Positions 21,050-31,700 of a stretch of 64,000 nucleotides of DNA are shown here, piece after piece. This stretch comes from a virus, in IMG/VR virus record IMGVR_UViG_3300025647_000026, positions 1-64,000 of that record, one strand, 5' to 3'. Made by a program: the position numbers and the translations under genes. Below the pieces are notes generated by a model. It saw only the letters and a program-made list of their open reading frames with translations, had not been told where the DNA came from and did no database searches. How positions within the stretch are numbered: the stretch's first letter is position 1; each line of letters starts with the position of its first letter.

Positions 21050-22276
21050 ATGAAAAGAGAAGTAACAATCAAAACGAAGCAAGCCCTAAGCGCTGCTCCC
21101 AAAATCAGGTTCGAAACGAAAGCTAGAACAACAAACGTAAACAAAGGAGATTGGGCTTGCCTTATTTCTGAAGGAAATGTATTGCGTAAATTAGATTATT
21201 TGCCTAGTGGCTTAGATGAGAAATCAATACAAGCTGCTGAAAGAAATAAGATTCATTCAATTGAATTAAATGGATTTATGACAGAGGGCGATAAGAAAGT
21301 ATTCTTTACTACTTTTACTTATTTTGATTCAAGTACAGAAGCAGTAGAAAATGGTCTATCGCCAGAGGATAATGATAATATTAAAGTATTGTTAGCTTTC
21401 CTTAAACTTCATAACGAAGTATCTTTTAGAAACGATGCAGGGGCTGAATTAAACCCTAATGTGAACTTTAACTTAGTGAAGTATGATTACATTGATAACG
21501 TAGCTAAAATTGAAAAAGTAACTGAAAATAATTTCTTAGTTATTGATGCTACTTCTCAATTGAAATCATGGTTCGAAAATGACAAGCAAAAGCTAATTGA
21601 TTTCGCCTACATTTGGGGTGTTAAGAATATTAGTGGTTACGAAGAAAGAAGTTTATTTAACCATTGTGTATCGTTAGTTAATTCTGACATTAACAAATAC
21701 AGCATTGTTGCTAAGAAATTAGAAGATTCAATGCAAGTAGCTGTTACTAAAGGTACTGTTTTGATTAAGAACGATAAGTTTATTATTGAAAAGGTTGGTG
21801 CTTACTTCATGTTTAACGAAGAAAATATAGGTACTGATGCTAATGAAGCTGTGGCTTACTTTAAAAAGAACAAACAACAGTATAACTTATTGAAGCTTGA
21901 ATTAGGTATTTCAGAACCTAGTGCTGATATTCAATTAGCAGAAACTACTGTTGAACCTATTGGTGATGGATTAAAAACTAAACCTGCTGTGTTTGAACGC
22001 ATGGAAAAGGATAGAGATTTTAAAGAAATTGAAAGCACTAAGCTTAAAATAAGTAATAAACTGATGCAAATCATGGGTAAAGGACAAGATGTTACTGCCG
22101 ATATGATTTCTAATAGATACCAATTCCTTAAAGATACTGGTAAAAGTGAAGCTAAGTGTATTGCTGAATTAGCGCAAGACCCTCGTATTTCAAGCGTAGA
22201 GTTACAAGAGTGGTATTCAACTGAAATAGAAAGAGTGAGAGTTGAGAAAACTCCATACATAATTAAAACTAAATAA
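21050..22276 (+). CDS. Hypothetical morphogenesis protein
   Basis: 408 aa between the portal and a ring protein. Confidence 0.5.
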   Translation: MKREVTIKTKQALSAAPKIRFETKARTTNVNKGDWACLISEGNVLRKLDYLPSGLDEKSIQAAERNKIHSIELNGFMTEGDKKVFFTTFTYFDSSTEAVENGLSPEDNDNIKVLLAFLKLHNEVSFRNDAGAELNPNVNFNLVKYDYIDNVAKIEKVTENNFLVIDATSQLKSWFENDKQKLIDFAYIWGVKNISGYEERSLFNHCVSLVNSDINKYSIVAKKLEDSMQVAVTKGTVLIKNDKFIIEKVGAYFMFNEENIGTDANEAVAYFKKNKQQYNLLKLELGISEPSADIQLAETTVEPIGDGLKTKPAVFERMEKDRDFKEIESTKLKISNKLMQIMGKGQDVTADMISNRYQFLKDTGKSEAKCIAELAQDPRISSVELQEWYSTEIERVRVEKTPYIIKTK

Positions 22277-22278
22277 TA

Positions 22279-22944
22279 ATGACTAACGACAACGGGATTT
22301 ACGATGTGGTTTCTGAAAATGAAATTATACAACGAGTAAAATTAAAACTAGGAATAAGTGATACGCCTTTACACGATGCGTACCTTTACAATAGTTTAAA
22401 TGATAAGGTAAGACAATTAAGGAACTTCTTTGTGTTTCCTTCTCACGTTGCGCAAATACCTATTGATTTAACCACGTTTACAGCACCGTTGCCGAAAGGA
22501 TTTATTATTCTTGAAGGTCATAATCCTATAAGAACTTTTGCTTCTATTGGTAGTCTTAATTCTTCTGCTCCTTATATGCCAACTAACGGTTTTTATAAGG
22601 GCAGTTTTAATAATAATACTTCTGCTAGGGTTAAAGACGGATATGTGTGGTTTGGAACGCAAATTGAAGATTCTTATTGCCAAATATCATATATTGGTAT
22701 TGCTTTAGATGAAAATGGCGAATTATCTTTGCCTAGAGTAGCTGATTTGTGTTTAACCTATGGAGTTATGTCTGATTTCTGTTTAGAGCGTGGCGACCCT
22801 TCGCAAATGGCTAAATATGCTACCTACTTGCACGAATACAAGGTAGAGAAAAGATATATTCGAGGATTGGCTGCTGAAAGCGATAGCCAAGAAGGCAAAC
22901 GAATTGCAGATATTAACAATCACTTTGCTTTCAAGACTTATTAA
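22279..22944 (+). CDS. Head-tail ring/adaptor protein
   Basis: Helix, then LPKGF, then CQISYIGIALDENGELSLP; ring-protein pattern. Confidence 0.65.
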   Translation: MTNDNGIYDVVSENEIIQRVKLKLGISDTPLHDAYLYNSLNDKVRQLRNFFVFPSHVAQIPIDLTTFTAPLPKGFIILEGHNPIRTFASIGSLNSSAPYMPTNGFYKGSFNNNTSARVKDGYVWFGTQIEDSYCQISYIGIALDENGELSLPRVADLCLTYGVMSDFCLERGDPSQMAKYATYLHEYKVEKRYIRGLAAESDSQEGKRIADINNHFAFKTY

Positions 22945-22982
22945 CAAAAAAGCCCTAATGTTTAGTTAGGGCTTTTTTGTTT
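22945..22982. terminator. Bidirectional terminator between convergent ring genes
   Basis: AAAAAAGCCCTAA-TGTTTAG-TTAGGGCTTTTTT. Confidence 0.85.
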
Positions 22983-22992
22983 GTTAAAATTA

Positions 22993-23679
22993 TTATCCTA
23001 GAATACTATTCTTTAAAGCTGCTTGCTGTTCATTCCCAGCATCAGCAGTTACATCTTTTATGGCTCTAAACTCTGTTCTTAACGCTGCTATTGCTATTTC
23101 TTTCATTAAAGGAATATCACCTTCTCCAATCGGAAAAGTGTCCGTAGCGTAGTTAAAATTAGCTTTAGCTGCGTAAGGGTTTTGGTATATTCCTACTTCT
23201 AACACTTCTTTTAAAAGTTTATTTCCGTAAATCCTTCTTTCGTTTCCTACTATTAGCACAGCAGGTTTTTTAGCTAGTAGGCGTAAATCTTTAAACTGTT
23301 GAATTTCGTTTAAGCTTCTTGCGTAAAAGAATCCATTAGCTATGCTTTTAGTTCCGAAGTATTGTATTCCATCGTTGTATTCATTTAAGCTTACTATGGG
23401 TAATCCTTCTACCGTTAGATAGTCTAATGTTGGGTCTTGTGATAATAAATTAATCGTATAGGTTACTTCTTGCTTCCAACTTGCAGGTATAAGTTTGTTA
23501 CCTTTTATAATAGTATTACTACCTTGTAATTTACCGCCATTGTAAGTAAGTATCATCACTTGCGCTCTCCATTGTGGCAGCATTTCAAAAATATAATTAT
23601 CGTCAACTTTTTTATCGCTGCTGTTATAGCCACTATTTACGGCTCTAACTAATTCATCTACGAGTTTTAATGTATTCAT
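22993..23679 (-). CDS. Head-tail ring protein
   Basis: VGIYQNP...DTFPI...VTADA C-terminal pattern resembling crAss-like ring proteins. Confidence 0.6.
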   Translation of the reverse strand: MNTLKLVDELVRAVNSGYNSSDKKVDDNYIFEMLPQWRAQVMILTYNGGKLQGSNTIIKGNKLIPASWKQEVTYTINLLSQDPTLDYLTVEGLPIVSLNEYNDGIQYFGTKSIANGFFYARSLNEIQQFKDLRLLAKKPAVLIVGNERRIYGNKLLKEVLEVGIYQNPYAAKANFNYATDTFPIGEGDIPLMKEIAIAALRTEFRAIKDVTADAGNEQQAALKNSILG

Positions 23680-23688
23680 GTTGCAAAG

Positions 23689-23943
23689 TTAAGCTATTAC
23701 TTGAAAATATCCGTTAAAAATTCCTTGCGTGTAACGTGTTGTCGCTCGCCAAAATCCTAAAAGTTGGTTTAGCCTATTAGTTATTAAAAGTGTATCGCTT
23801 TCAGTACAGCCTATAAATTGTTGGGCTGCTAGTAGGTTTGTTGCTTCTATTATTATTTTGTTTAGGTAGTTGTTGTTTGGTAGTCCTTTTTGTTCTAAGG
23901 CTATTTGTTCTAGTATTATTTCGTTTAGTTTATGAGTGTTCAT
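23689..23943 (-). CDS. Hypothetical protein (probably structural)
   Basis: Own TATCTTTG promoter placed after a terminator. Confidence 0.5.
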   Translation of the reverse strand: MNTHKLNEIILEQIALEQKGLPNNNYLNKIIIEATNLLAAQQFIGCTESDTLLITNRLNQLLGFWRATTRYTQGIFNGYFQVIA

Positions 23944-23973
23944 GTCATTACAAAGATAAGGGTTTTATGCAAC

Positions 23974-24005
23974 AAAAAGAAAAGCCGACTTGAAGTAAGT
24001 CAGCT
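23974..24005 (-). terminator. Terminator closing small-gene island A
   Basis: AGCTGACTT-ACTTC-AAGTCGGCT followed by a T-tract. Confidence 0.75.
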
Positions 24006-24017
24006 ATCCCTTTTTGT

Positions 24018-24200
24018 TTATTTTTTAGGCTTCAATGCTCGCTCACTAAAATCTCTACTTACTGAGTACCCACATTTCCAACACGTTTTGTTCTCGTCTT
24101 TTAAAGGCAAATGACTTTTTGCTGTGTCGTAACCACAGTTTTGACATTTTTTATACCAAACGTCAAAGTCCCCTAGCGTTTTATTTTTCATAGTCAGCAC
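24018..24200 (-). CDS. Zn-ribbon protein
   Basis: CQNC...CWKC. Confidence 0.6.
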   Translation of the reverse strand: MLTMKNKTLGDFDVWYKKCQNCGYDTAKSHLPLKDENKTCWKCGYSVSRDFSERALKPKK

Positions 24201-24742
24201 TAATCTACTTGAACCAATTGCGGGGGAGTAGATAGTAAAGATGCTTTCACTCTACCTAATTCAAACCCTAATGCAAAACGTGCTTCTGCTAGATATTGTA
24301 AAGAAATATTTGTATATCGTTCTAGTTTAGAATTAGGTTTAGTATTTACGCTTTCATCAACTTCGCCTTCAATATTTTCTAGCTTATCGAATATTGCTTG
24401 GATTTCAGTTCTTATCCAATCTACTCTTTCAACGTGGTTGGTACTATCCCAATCAATTACTTGGGTAAAAGTATCTCTACCTCCCGTTGCTACATCAGTA
24501 GGTAATTCAATATCTTCTACCGATTTTCTTTTACCATCGTTAGCGTAAGGTGTTTTGTCGCCAAGTTCTGCCATACATTTCCCTAGCCATGCTTTTGCAT
24601 AAATAAGGCTATGTGCAGCATCTTCTATTTCTTGTGAGTTACTAAATTTGTAATGCACCTCTTTTGTTACGGGCATTAGTAGTAATGTTAATTGGTGTAG
24701 CGCATCTATTTGAATACGCAATTCTTTGATTTGATTTTTCAT
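24200..24742 (-). CDS. Hypothetical protein
   Basis: 180-aa ORF, coupled to its neighbours. Confidence 0.6.
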   Translation of the reverse strand: MKNQIKELRIQIDALHQLTLLLMPVTKEVHYKFSNSQEIEDAAHSLIYAKAWLGKCMAELGDKTPYANDGKRKSVEDIELPTDVATGGRDTFTQVIDWDSTNHVERVDWIRTEIQAIFDKLENIEGEVDESVNTKPNSKLERYTNISLQYLAEARFALGFELGRVKASLLSTPPQLVQVD

Positions 24743-24743
24743 A

Positions 24744-26753
24744 TTATTTGTTTGTTTTTATAAATTTTACTGTATCTCCAATATTAAATTTACCGCAACT
24801 ATCGTTAAAGTGCCTAAATCTTGGTACTCCATTAGTTTGAACGGTGTATTCGCAATAATTATTGTAGGAATTAAATGCTGTAACTATTATTGGTTCTGTA
24901 TTGTCAAAATTACAACCAATAATCATTATTATCAAGGCTAAATATATTCTTTTCATATTATTCGTTTGTTATAAAGCAGTTCATTAATTCATCTGTTGTA
25001 ACTATATCAGGCTTTAAATTTGGCTTATATTTTATACACCACAAGCCCGTTGCGGTATTATACTCTACTGTCTTAATGTTGTTAGTTAATTCGATTGCTT
25101 TAACTAACTCTTCAATTGTTGTTCCCATTTTTATTTGTATTTTATGATTATTATTTTTTCGTTATTTAAAACCGATTCTCCAATTAAATCATGCTTGGTA
25201 TTCTCTAAATACTCCCCAATTTCCATTGGCTCTACAATAGAAGATAAACGACCTTCTTGAGTAGAAAATCTTAAGCATCCTGCATTATTAATAAAATAAT
25301 CAGTGCTGTCTTTTGGTACTTTTACTAAAATATGTTTTTCCATGTTTTTTATTTAATTTAATTACCTATATTGTATTTAGTCCAATCTTTAAATTCTTCG
25401 TCAATATCTCGCTTAATACCACTTTCTGTTGTTTCGTTTGTATAAATAGACCCTAGAAAGGAATCTCCATTATATACCTCTAATTTTATCCACATTATTC
25501 TATTATTTGTTTTTGTAAAAATTTAATTACTTCTTTTAATTGGTCGTTTGGAATCCAAGTTTCAACTATGTATTTATCTTCGTTATGAATTTGAATCCTA
25601 ACTTCTCCTTTTTCGTCTTTAGTAAAGAATAGAATAGGGTCATTACCAAATGAGCGCAGCTCAATCTTTTCGTTACTTAAAGCAACTGTGCTAAGCGATA
25701 GTCTCATTATTTTTTAGTTAATTCTAGTTGCTGTGGCACTAAATCTTCAATAGTTTTGATTATCTTAGTTGTTCCATTAAGTAAATGGTCAAAAAATATT
25801 TGATTATCTTTTTTAAAGAATGAAAGTTGAATCCTTCCTCTTGTTATGCAAATTACATTTTTAAGTTTAGAAATATCTTTTTGGTTTAACTCCCAACCTT
25901 CAAATAAAACTGATTCTTTTTCTTTTTCGTATGCTTTCCAGTACTCTGTTTTAACCGAAGTTCCCCATCTTTCTTCGTTACTTTGCCATTTGTTTTGAGG
26001 CGGTACTGAAATATTACCATCTTTATCGCAAGGTATAAACATTCCTAGTGTAAGTGGTTGCTTTAAAAAATTAGCATAATCAACTATTTGCTTATATCTT
26101 ACTTCTTTGTGTTTATCTTGTTCCAACACGTAATCTATCATTGTCATCAGTCTTTCCATTTTTATCTTTTAGTTATTAATTCAACATTTGTTTTTAAAAG
26201 TCGGCTTCTTCGAATTAACCAATTTTAGCGGTAATTTATTGTATGGTGTTTAATCTGTTCAACCCCTTTAAAGTTCCGATTTGCTTCTGCAATAAGTTCA
26301 TTCATTGTGCAACCACCTTCTCTTCTTCTCAGTTCTTCAATCATCCAAATAAGCGGAACTAAATCTCCGTTATTATATTGTGGTTGTTCATAATTACCGC
26401 TAATATCGGTTTTGCGAAGAAGACGTTTTAGTGCTAATTTTAATCTTTTCATTTCTGTTTATCTTTATTTATTAATTCGTAATTTTTTGTTTTGTCGTTT
26501 ATTAGTTTCCATTCAAGCCAAATACTAATATCTATCTCTTTTAAAGCCATCATTATCAAAGTCTTTTAGTTCGTTCATTTTATAGCTTTTTAAATATTTG
26601 TGGGTAATCAAATAGGCATACGTCTTCTGAATTTTGTAAAGCGTAAGCATTTCCTTCTTTAAAAGTGTATATCATTTCGCCTTTTTTATACAAGGCGTTA
26701 GGATAGTCTGCAATTACCTCAAATTGTATCATATTTTCGTTGGTCGTTTCCAT
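24744..26753 (-). other. Island of ~9 small hypothetical genes (24744-24956 lipoprotein-like, 25131-25343, 25495-25707, 25707-26159, 26225-26452, 26580-26753 and shorter ORFs)
   Basis: Tightly packed co-oriented ORFs driven by the promoter at 26758-26793. Confidence 0.65.
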
Positions 26754-26757
26754 AACA

Positions 26758-26793
26758 CAAAAATAGTATTCACTTACGCTAAACCTAATTAAA
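26758..26793 (-). promoter_or_regulatory. TTTAATTAG-N19-TATTTTTG promoter
   Basis: Motif read directly; one of the 8-9 copies. Confidence 0.75.
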
Positions 26794-26803
26794 CTTCTTT
26801 AAC

Positions 26804-27682
26804 CTAGTAATTATTATTTGCCAAAGCTGTGCAAGTGTTGGCTATGTCTTGTATGTTGTCGTAAGTGTTTGTTTGACTTACGTTTCCTAGTCCGTTATTC
26901 CACGTCATTGCTTGAATCCTTGAGTATAACCTTGCTATAATTGTTTGGTACTGTTCGTTTTGTGGCTTTGGATTGTTAATATTACTCACAATTAAATCCT
27001 TTAATTGCTGAGTAATATTGAACGAGGTTTGAAATACATTGTAGTAACCTCCTTCGTATGGGCTAAAATCTCCGCTTGCACTAGCAACGCTATAAGCCGT
27101 GAATGTTTCCCCCGCCCTATAAGTATCGTTCTCGTATGTTGCGCCATCGCTTTGAACTAAGTATTCCATTCCTACTACCGTTAAAGGGTCGCCCACGCTT
27201 GCCCCAAATACTTTATATTCTATTGGAAGTATTGTGTCTATAATTGTATTGTTAATTCCTAGCCCTAAGTTTTCGCTTGTCAAATATATTGGCGTAGTTA
27301 CGCTTGGTCGCCATGTCCCTATCGGTGTGTAATAGTAGCCCGTTTCTTCAAAAGTATCTCCGCTTTGAACTGTTATACCCGCTATAAATGGCGTAAAAAT
27401 ACTTCCAACTCCTATTAATTTATTGTCGTAGGTTTTTATAGTTCCCGCAGTTTTTATATACTCCTTGTATTGGGTTAAAGCCCCGCTACTAATGGAGTTT
27501 AGGCTTTGTAAGCTAAGGTAGTTTCCTACTCTAAGTACGCCAAAACTATCAGAAATAGGGAGATTTGGCGAGTTATAGCCTCCGCTATTGTTAGCTGAAT
27601 ACAGTCCCGTTGTGTCTAAAATTTCTACAACGGAATTGTCTTCGCTGTTTTGGTATAGGTTTATTTTTGGTAGTAGTGCCAT
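26804..27682 (-). CDS. Virion protein, probable paralog of 14913..15776
   Basis: DTTGLYSANNSGGY N-terminal motif; own TATCTTTG promoter. Confidence 0.55.
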   Translation of the reverse strand: MALLPKINLYQNSEDNSVVEILDTTGLYSANNSGGYNSPNLPISDSFGVLRVGNYLSLQSLNSISSGALTQYKEYIKTAGTIKTYDNKLIGVGSIFTPFIAGITVQSGDTFEETGYYYTPIGTWRPSVTTPIYLTSENLGLGINNTIIDTILPIEYKVFGASVGDPLTVVGMEYLVQSDGATYENDTYRAGETFTAYSVASASGDFSPYEGGYYNVFQTSFNITQQLKDLIVSNINNPKPQNEQYQTIIARLYSRIQAMTWNNGLGNVSQTNTYDNIQDIANTCTALANNNY

Positions 27683-27703
27683 TGTGGTACAAAGATAATG
27701 ATT

Positions 27704-28012
27704 TTAACTGTCAAACAAATTTTTAAAACAATGCCCGATATATCCTTTGTATTTAGTGTAGAAAGCCACAATTTCTTTTTGCATAAAATTGCCGTCATTA
27801 AATTTATTATCATCAAGCCCTATATGCGCTTTAGATAATAGTAAGTTCATTTCTTCGTGTATTTCTTTTTTAAACTGCCTCTCACGCTCTAGAATTTTCA
27901 TTACAACAGTGATTACGTTTTCATCCTTTGCAAGAGAGTTAATAATTTCAGCTTTTACTACGTCATCAGGCAGCCCCGAATTGATAATTGATTTTAATTC
28001 TTGTAGGTTCAT
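27704..28012 (-). CDS. Hypothetical protein (single-gene island)
   Basis: Leaderless behind the TTTAATTAG-class promoter at 28017-28052. Confidence 0.6.
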   Translation of the reverse strand: MNLQELKSIINSGLPDDVVKAEIINSLAKDENVITVVMKILERERQFKKEIHEEMNLLLSKAHIGLDDNKFNDGNFMQKEIVAFYTKYKGYIGHCFKNLFDS

Positions 28013-28052
28013 AATTCAAAAATAAGAAGTACTTCTGCTATTCCTAATTAAA

Positions 28053-28676
28053 TTATCTTAACACAGTATTATTTGTTTGCATAATTTCTCTCTCCCATTG
28101 TTGGTAGCGTGGGTCTGAGAGGCTTAATCCATAAGCAGAAAGTAATTGACGTACTATGCCTGTTATGGTGTTTAGGTTGTAAGTTAATTGGGTTGTGCTG
28201 TCTGTTACGTCTATTGCAAATGGTGTTCTAAAATAGTTTCCTTCTGCTAGTGTGCATTGCACAGTACTTGGGGAAATATTTATATCGTTATTTACTATAA
28301 AGTATTTGGGGTATAAAAATGTTCCATCGCTGAAACTTCCTTTCATTGCGTTTGGCGGTAATGGCGAAGCAGTATTTGTGTAAGTATTGCCGTTTACTAC
28401 AAAGGTTGCGTCTAGGTTTATTAGCCCAAAGTAATTTGTCATATCAGTTGTTTTTGATACTTTGTTATTGGTTGGTGTCGCTACGCTAAAGGTTTGCATT
28501 AGTGGTTCTAATTCTGCGTTTATTTCACCGTTCTCGCCAAATAGTTTGAACATTGGTTTGAAGTATTCTCCTTGTATTTGTTCGAGTTGTTTGTTTACGC
28601 TTGCAGTTGGTACTATTCCGTTAATCGGGAAGTCGTATAATGCTTTTAATATTCCGTATATCTGTGAACCTGTCAT
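28053..28676 (-). CDS. Head-tail ring protein (start moved to MTGSQ)
   Basis: Ring-protein pattern (YPKY...YFRTP); ATG 5 nt after TATCTTTG; the longer ORF call would span a terminator. Confidence 0.6.
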   Translation of the reverse strand: MTGSQIYGILKALYDFPINGIVPTASVNKQLEQIQGEYFKPMFKLFGENGEINAELEPLMQTFSVATPTNNKVSKTTDMTNYFGLINLDATFVVNGNTYTNTASPLPPNAMKGSFSDGTFLYPKYFIVNNDINISPSTVQCTLAEGNYFRTPFAIDVTDSTTQLTYNLNTITGIVRQLLSAYGLSLSDPRYQQWEREIMQTNNTVLR

Positions 28677-28704
28677 GGGTACAAAGATAGTAGTTTTATG
28701 CAAC

Positions 28705-28736
28705 AAAAAATAGGCTATCTGAAAATTAGATAGCCT
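28705..28736 (-). terminator. Intrinsic terminator
   Basis: AGGCTATCT-AATTTTC-AGATAGCCT followed by ATTTTTT. Confidence 0.8.
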
Positions 28737-28750
28737 TGATTTTTTGTTTG

Positions 28751-31700
28751 TTATTTCAGTTCGTTCTCTAGTTCTTTTTGCTGAACGTCTGTTATCCACT
28801 TCAATTCTTTGTATCTCTTTATGTCGGTTGACGGGTCGGTTGATTTCTTTAAAGTAGGTAGGTAAACTTTGAATTTTAAGTCGTCAAAAGATTTCCCTTT
28901 AGTTCTTTCTCTGAACGCTTTTTCTTCGGCAGTTACTTCATGCTTCTCGTCAAAGGCAATTTGGTCTTCGGTATCTTTTGCTTTCTTTTCTTTTTGAGCC
29001 AAACTTTCTTTTTCTTTTTCTCCAAAAAACTGCTTAAAGTCATTTTCGCTAAACGAAACCTTAGCTTTAGCTATAACTGTTGCTTCTGAAACTCCATTGC
29101 TAATAGCTTTTTGAGCATCTTCTAAGTCCATTTTCTTTAGTTCATCGTAATTATCCTCTAGGAATTTAGATATTTCCGCACCTCTAGTTTCTGAGTATAT
29201 TTTAAATTGTTTGCCGTTCATTACTTTATCCTTTTGTTCGGCAGTATCAAAGTAAACTTCTTTTCTTATGTCGGGCGGTTTTATTAATGATTTCTTTTCT
29301 GCCAATAGCTTAACTATTTTATTGCCTTCTCCCGCAGAAACTAATATATCGGTATCAGGGACTACTTCTTTGCCTAGTGCGTCTATTTTATTCTCAAAGT
29401 AGTTTCTCAAGTAAGGAATATCTTCAACTATCATTCCTAGCGGGTTTAGTTTCGTTTGTTTTACGGGAATATCAAACGCTGCTTCTACTTCCTTAGCAGC
29501 TTGGGTGTATAATGCGGGGACAACTACTGATTTAGTTGTTTTTACTGCTGATTTATATAAGTTAGTTGCGTTATCTTCCGAAGCTGCTGCGCCACTAAAT
29601 AAAGTTCCTAAAAACGTATTAATAGAAGCCAAGAAAGTTGCGTCAAAAAATACTCGTGAAGTAGCTGTCATTGCCACGCCAAGTTTTGTCCATTGCGAAT
29701 CAGTTAGCTTTTCTCTCCTATATGCTTCGTAATCCTTTAAATTACCAATGGCAGAAAACATTACTATTAAAGGGGTATATCTATAAGAAACCCATGCTCC
29801 ATATTTTTTAGTTATAGGATTCCATACTCTAAGTGAATATGGTTGCCATCCTTCGTCTTTCTTTAATAATTCATTTTTTTGATAGTCTCCTGTTCCGTTT
29901 GCAGTAATTTGTAGTATAGGCTCATCGTCATCATCTCCTTTAAGTGTTGTTAGCATTGCCACTGCCGTTGTTAGCGCAAGCCCTATTAATGCTTTTGTTT
30001 TAAGTTCTGCCTTAAATTCTGCTTGTCTTGTTTCTGACATATCTTCAAAATCCTTTCTAGGCATATTTGAAATAGAGCCGTTACCCATTCCTCTTATATA
30101 TCCAACAGGTGTATAGTTTAGTGCTTCATTTGCTACGTTTGCTACAATTGTTGTAAAAGGAACTACAAATTTCAATAGTTTTGTTTTATTATTTTTTTCT
30201 ATGAAATTATTGATACTTGTTACTAACCCACCTAAAAGCCCTTCTGTTTTGTAATTAAAAGTTGACCTTGCTGCAAAGTTAGCACTTTCTTCTATTATTT
30301 CAGAGCCTCTACCCATTTCAATTAATTCAAATACACGTCTTCCTTCATCGTTTTTAGCCTTATTTATTTTGGCATCTTTTTCTTTTTGGCTAATAGGCTC
30401 ATTATTTATTTCCTCTATTTCTTTTTGTAGTTCAAGTGCTGCTAGGTGTTTAGTTTCATTTATTGAATTATCGTCTTTTCTTAAATATTCTAAAGCTCGC
30501 TGCCTTGTATTTACGCTAGGTTCTAACTTGCCATCATTTACCGCCATCATTCTTGCCCATTGGTAGGCTCTCATTTCTTTAAGTCCACCTGCAATAAAAA
30601 CATCGGTAGCAGCCATTATTCTTCTTACGTACTTCAAATAATTAGCAGGGTTAATACTCCCACCTTTAAATGGATATAATTCTAATGTTGAAGGTACTTC
30701 TACTCTCCCTCTTAGTGGGCTGTATCCAGTTACTAATGTGCTTTTAGCTTCAAGCATACCTTGTTTTATTCCATTCAGCCAACCATTTACAAGGAATGGT
30801 ACTGATTTAGGTCTTCTTAATGTTGCTATACCAAATACCGCAAAAGTATTATATAATCCCGAAGCGGCATTTACTATTTGTGTATTATACCCACTTAGTA
30901 AATTTGCATACCACACAGAGAACATTACGTCAATAAGTGATACTCCTTTAAGTTTAGCTTGGTATCCTAATAAATCCTCAATAGCACTTGCTTTTTTTAA
31001 CCCATCGGCAGTTCTTTCTACTATGTTTGCTAGTCGTTCAATTTCTTTAATGTTTTCTGGAGTTAATGTTGCCCAGCCCATTTTCTCTGCATAAGCACTT
31101 ACTAAAGCATCATCGCTAAATGCGCCTAAGTTAGTTAGTCTTATTAACTCCGATTCTAGGTTTTTTATTTGATTTTTGCCACGTTCTTTTTTGCTAAAAA
31201 TAGTTGCTAGTATTTGTTGTTTTTTCTCTAAAGCCAATCTATCAAATTCTTTGCTTATAGCGTCTCCTAGTTCTTTTGCTTGCTCTTCTGTTAAGCCAGC
31301 TTCTTCTGTTAACTTTTCTATTAGGCTTCTTTTTGTTGCATCGTAAATAGTATAATGCTGTTGAGCTACTTTTGCAATAGTTTCGCCTTCGTCTTTAAGC
31401 CCTTTTATTACAGCTTTTGTAATTTCTTTTTGACTAAATGGCGTTGCTAATATATCTCCAAAGTAAGCATCAATAGCTTCTAACGCTTGTTCGTTGTCTT
31501 TGTATTTCTCCTGAAACTCTGCTTTAGTTTTCTCCCAAACGTCTGCATATTTATCTAAGTTTTTATAAGCATCGCCAATAACTTCAATTGAACTTCTTAA
31601 TGGTTTACTTATTCTTTCGCTTTCTGGTAATGACTCTATAATCTTTGCTTGCATATTTCTTACTAATCCATTAGTAAAATCTTCTAAGGCAGCATTTTCT

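Noticed and set aside
28677-28799. N-terminal extensions of ORF calls 28053..28799, 34214..34756, 41187..41996, 43039..43590, 43711..44490 and 16420..16845
   Set aside because: The extensions run through terminators, promoters, hairpins or neighbouring coding sequence; downstream ATGs fit better
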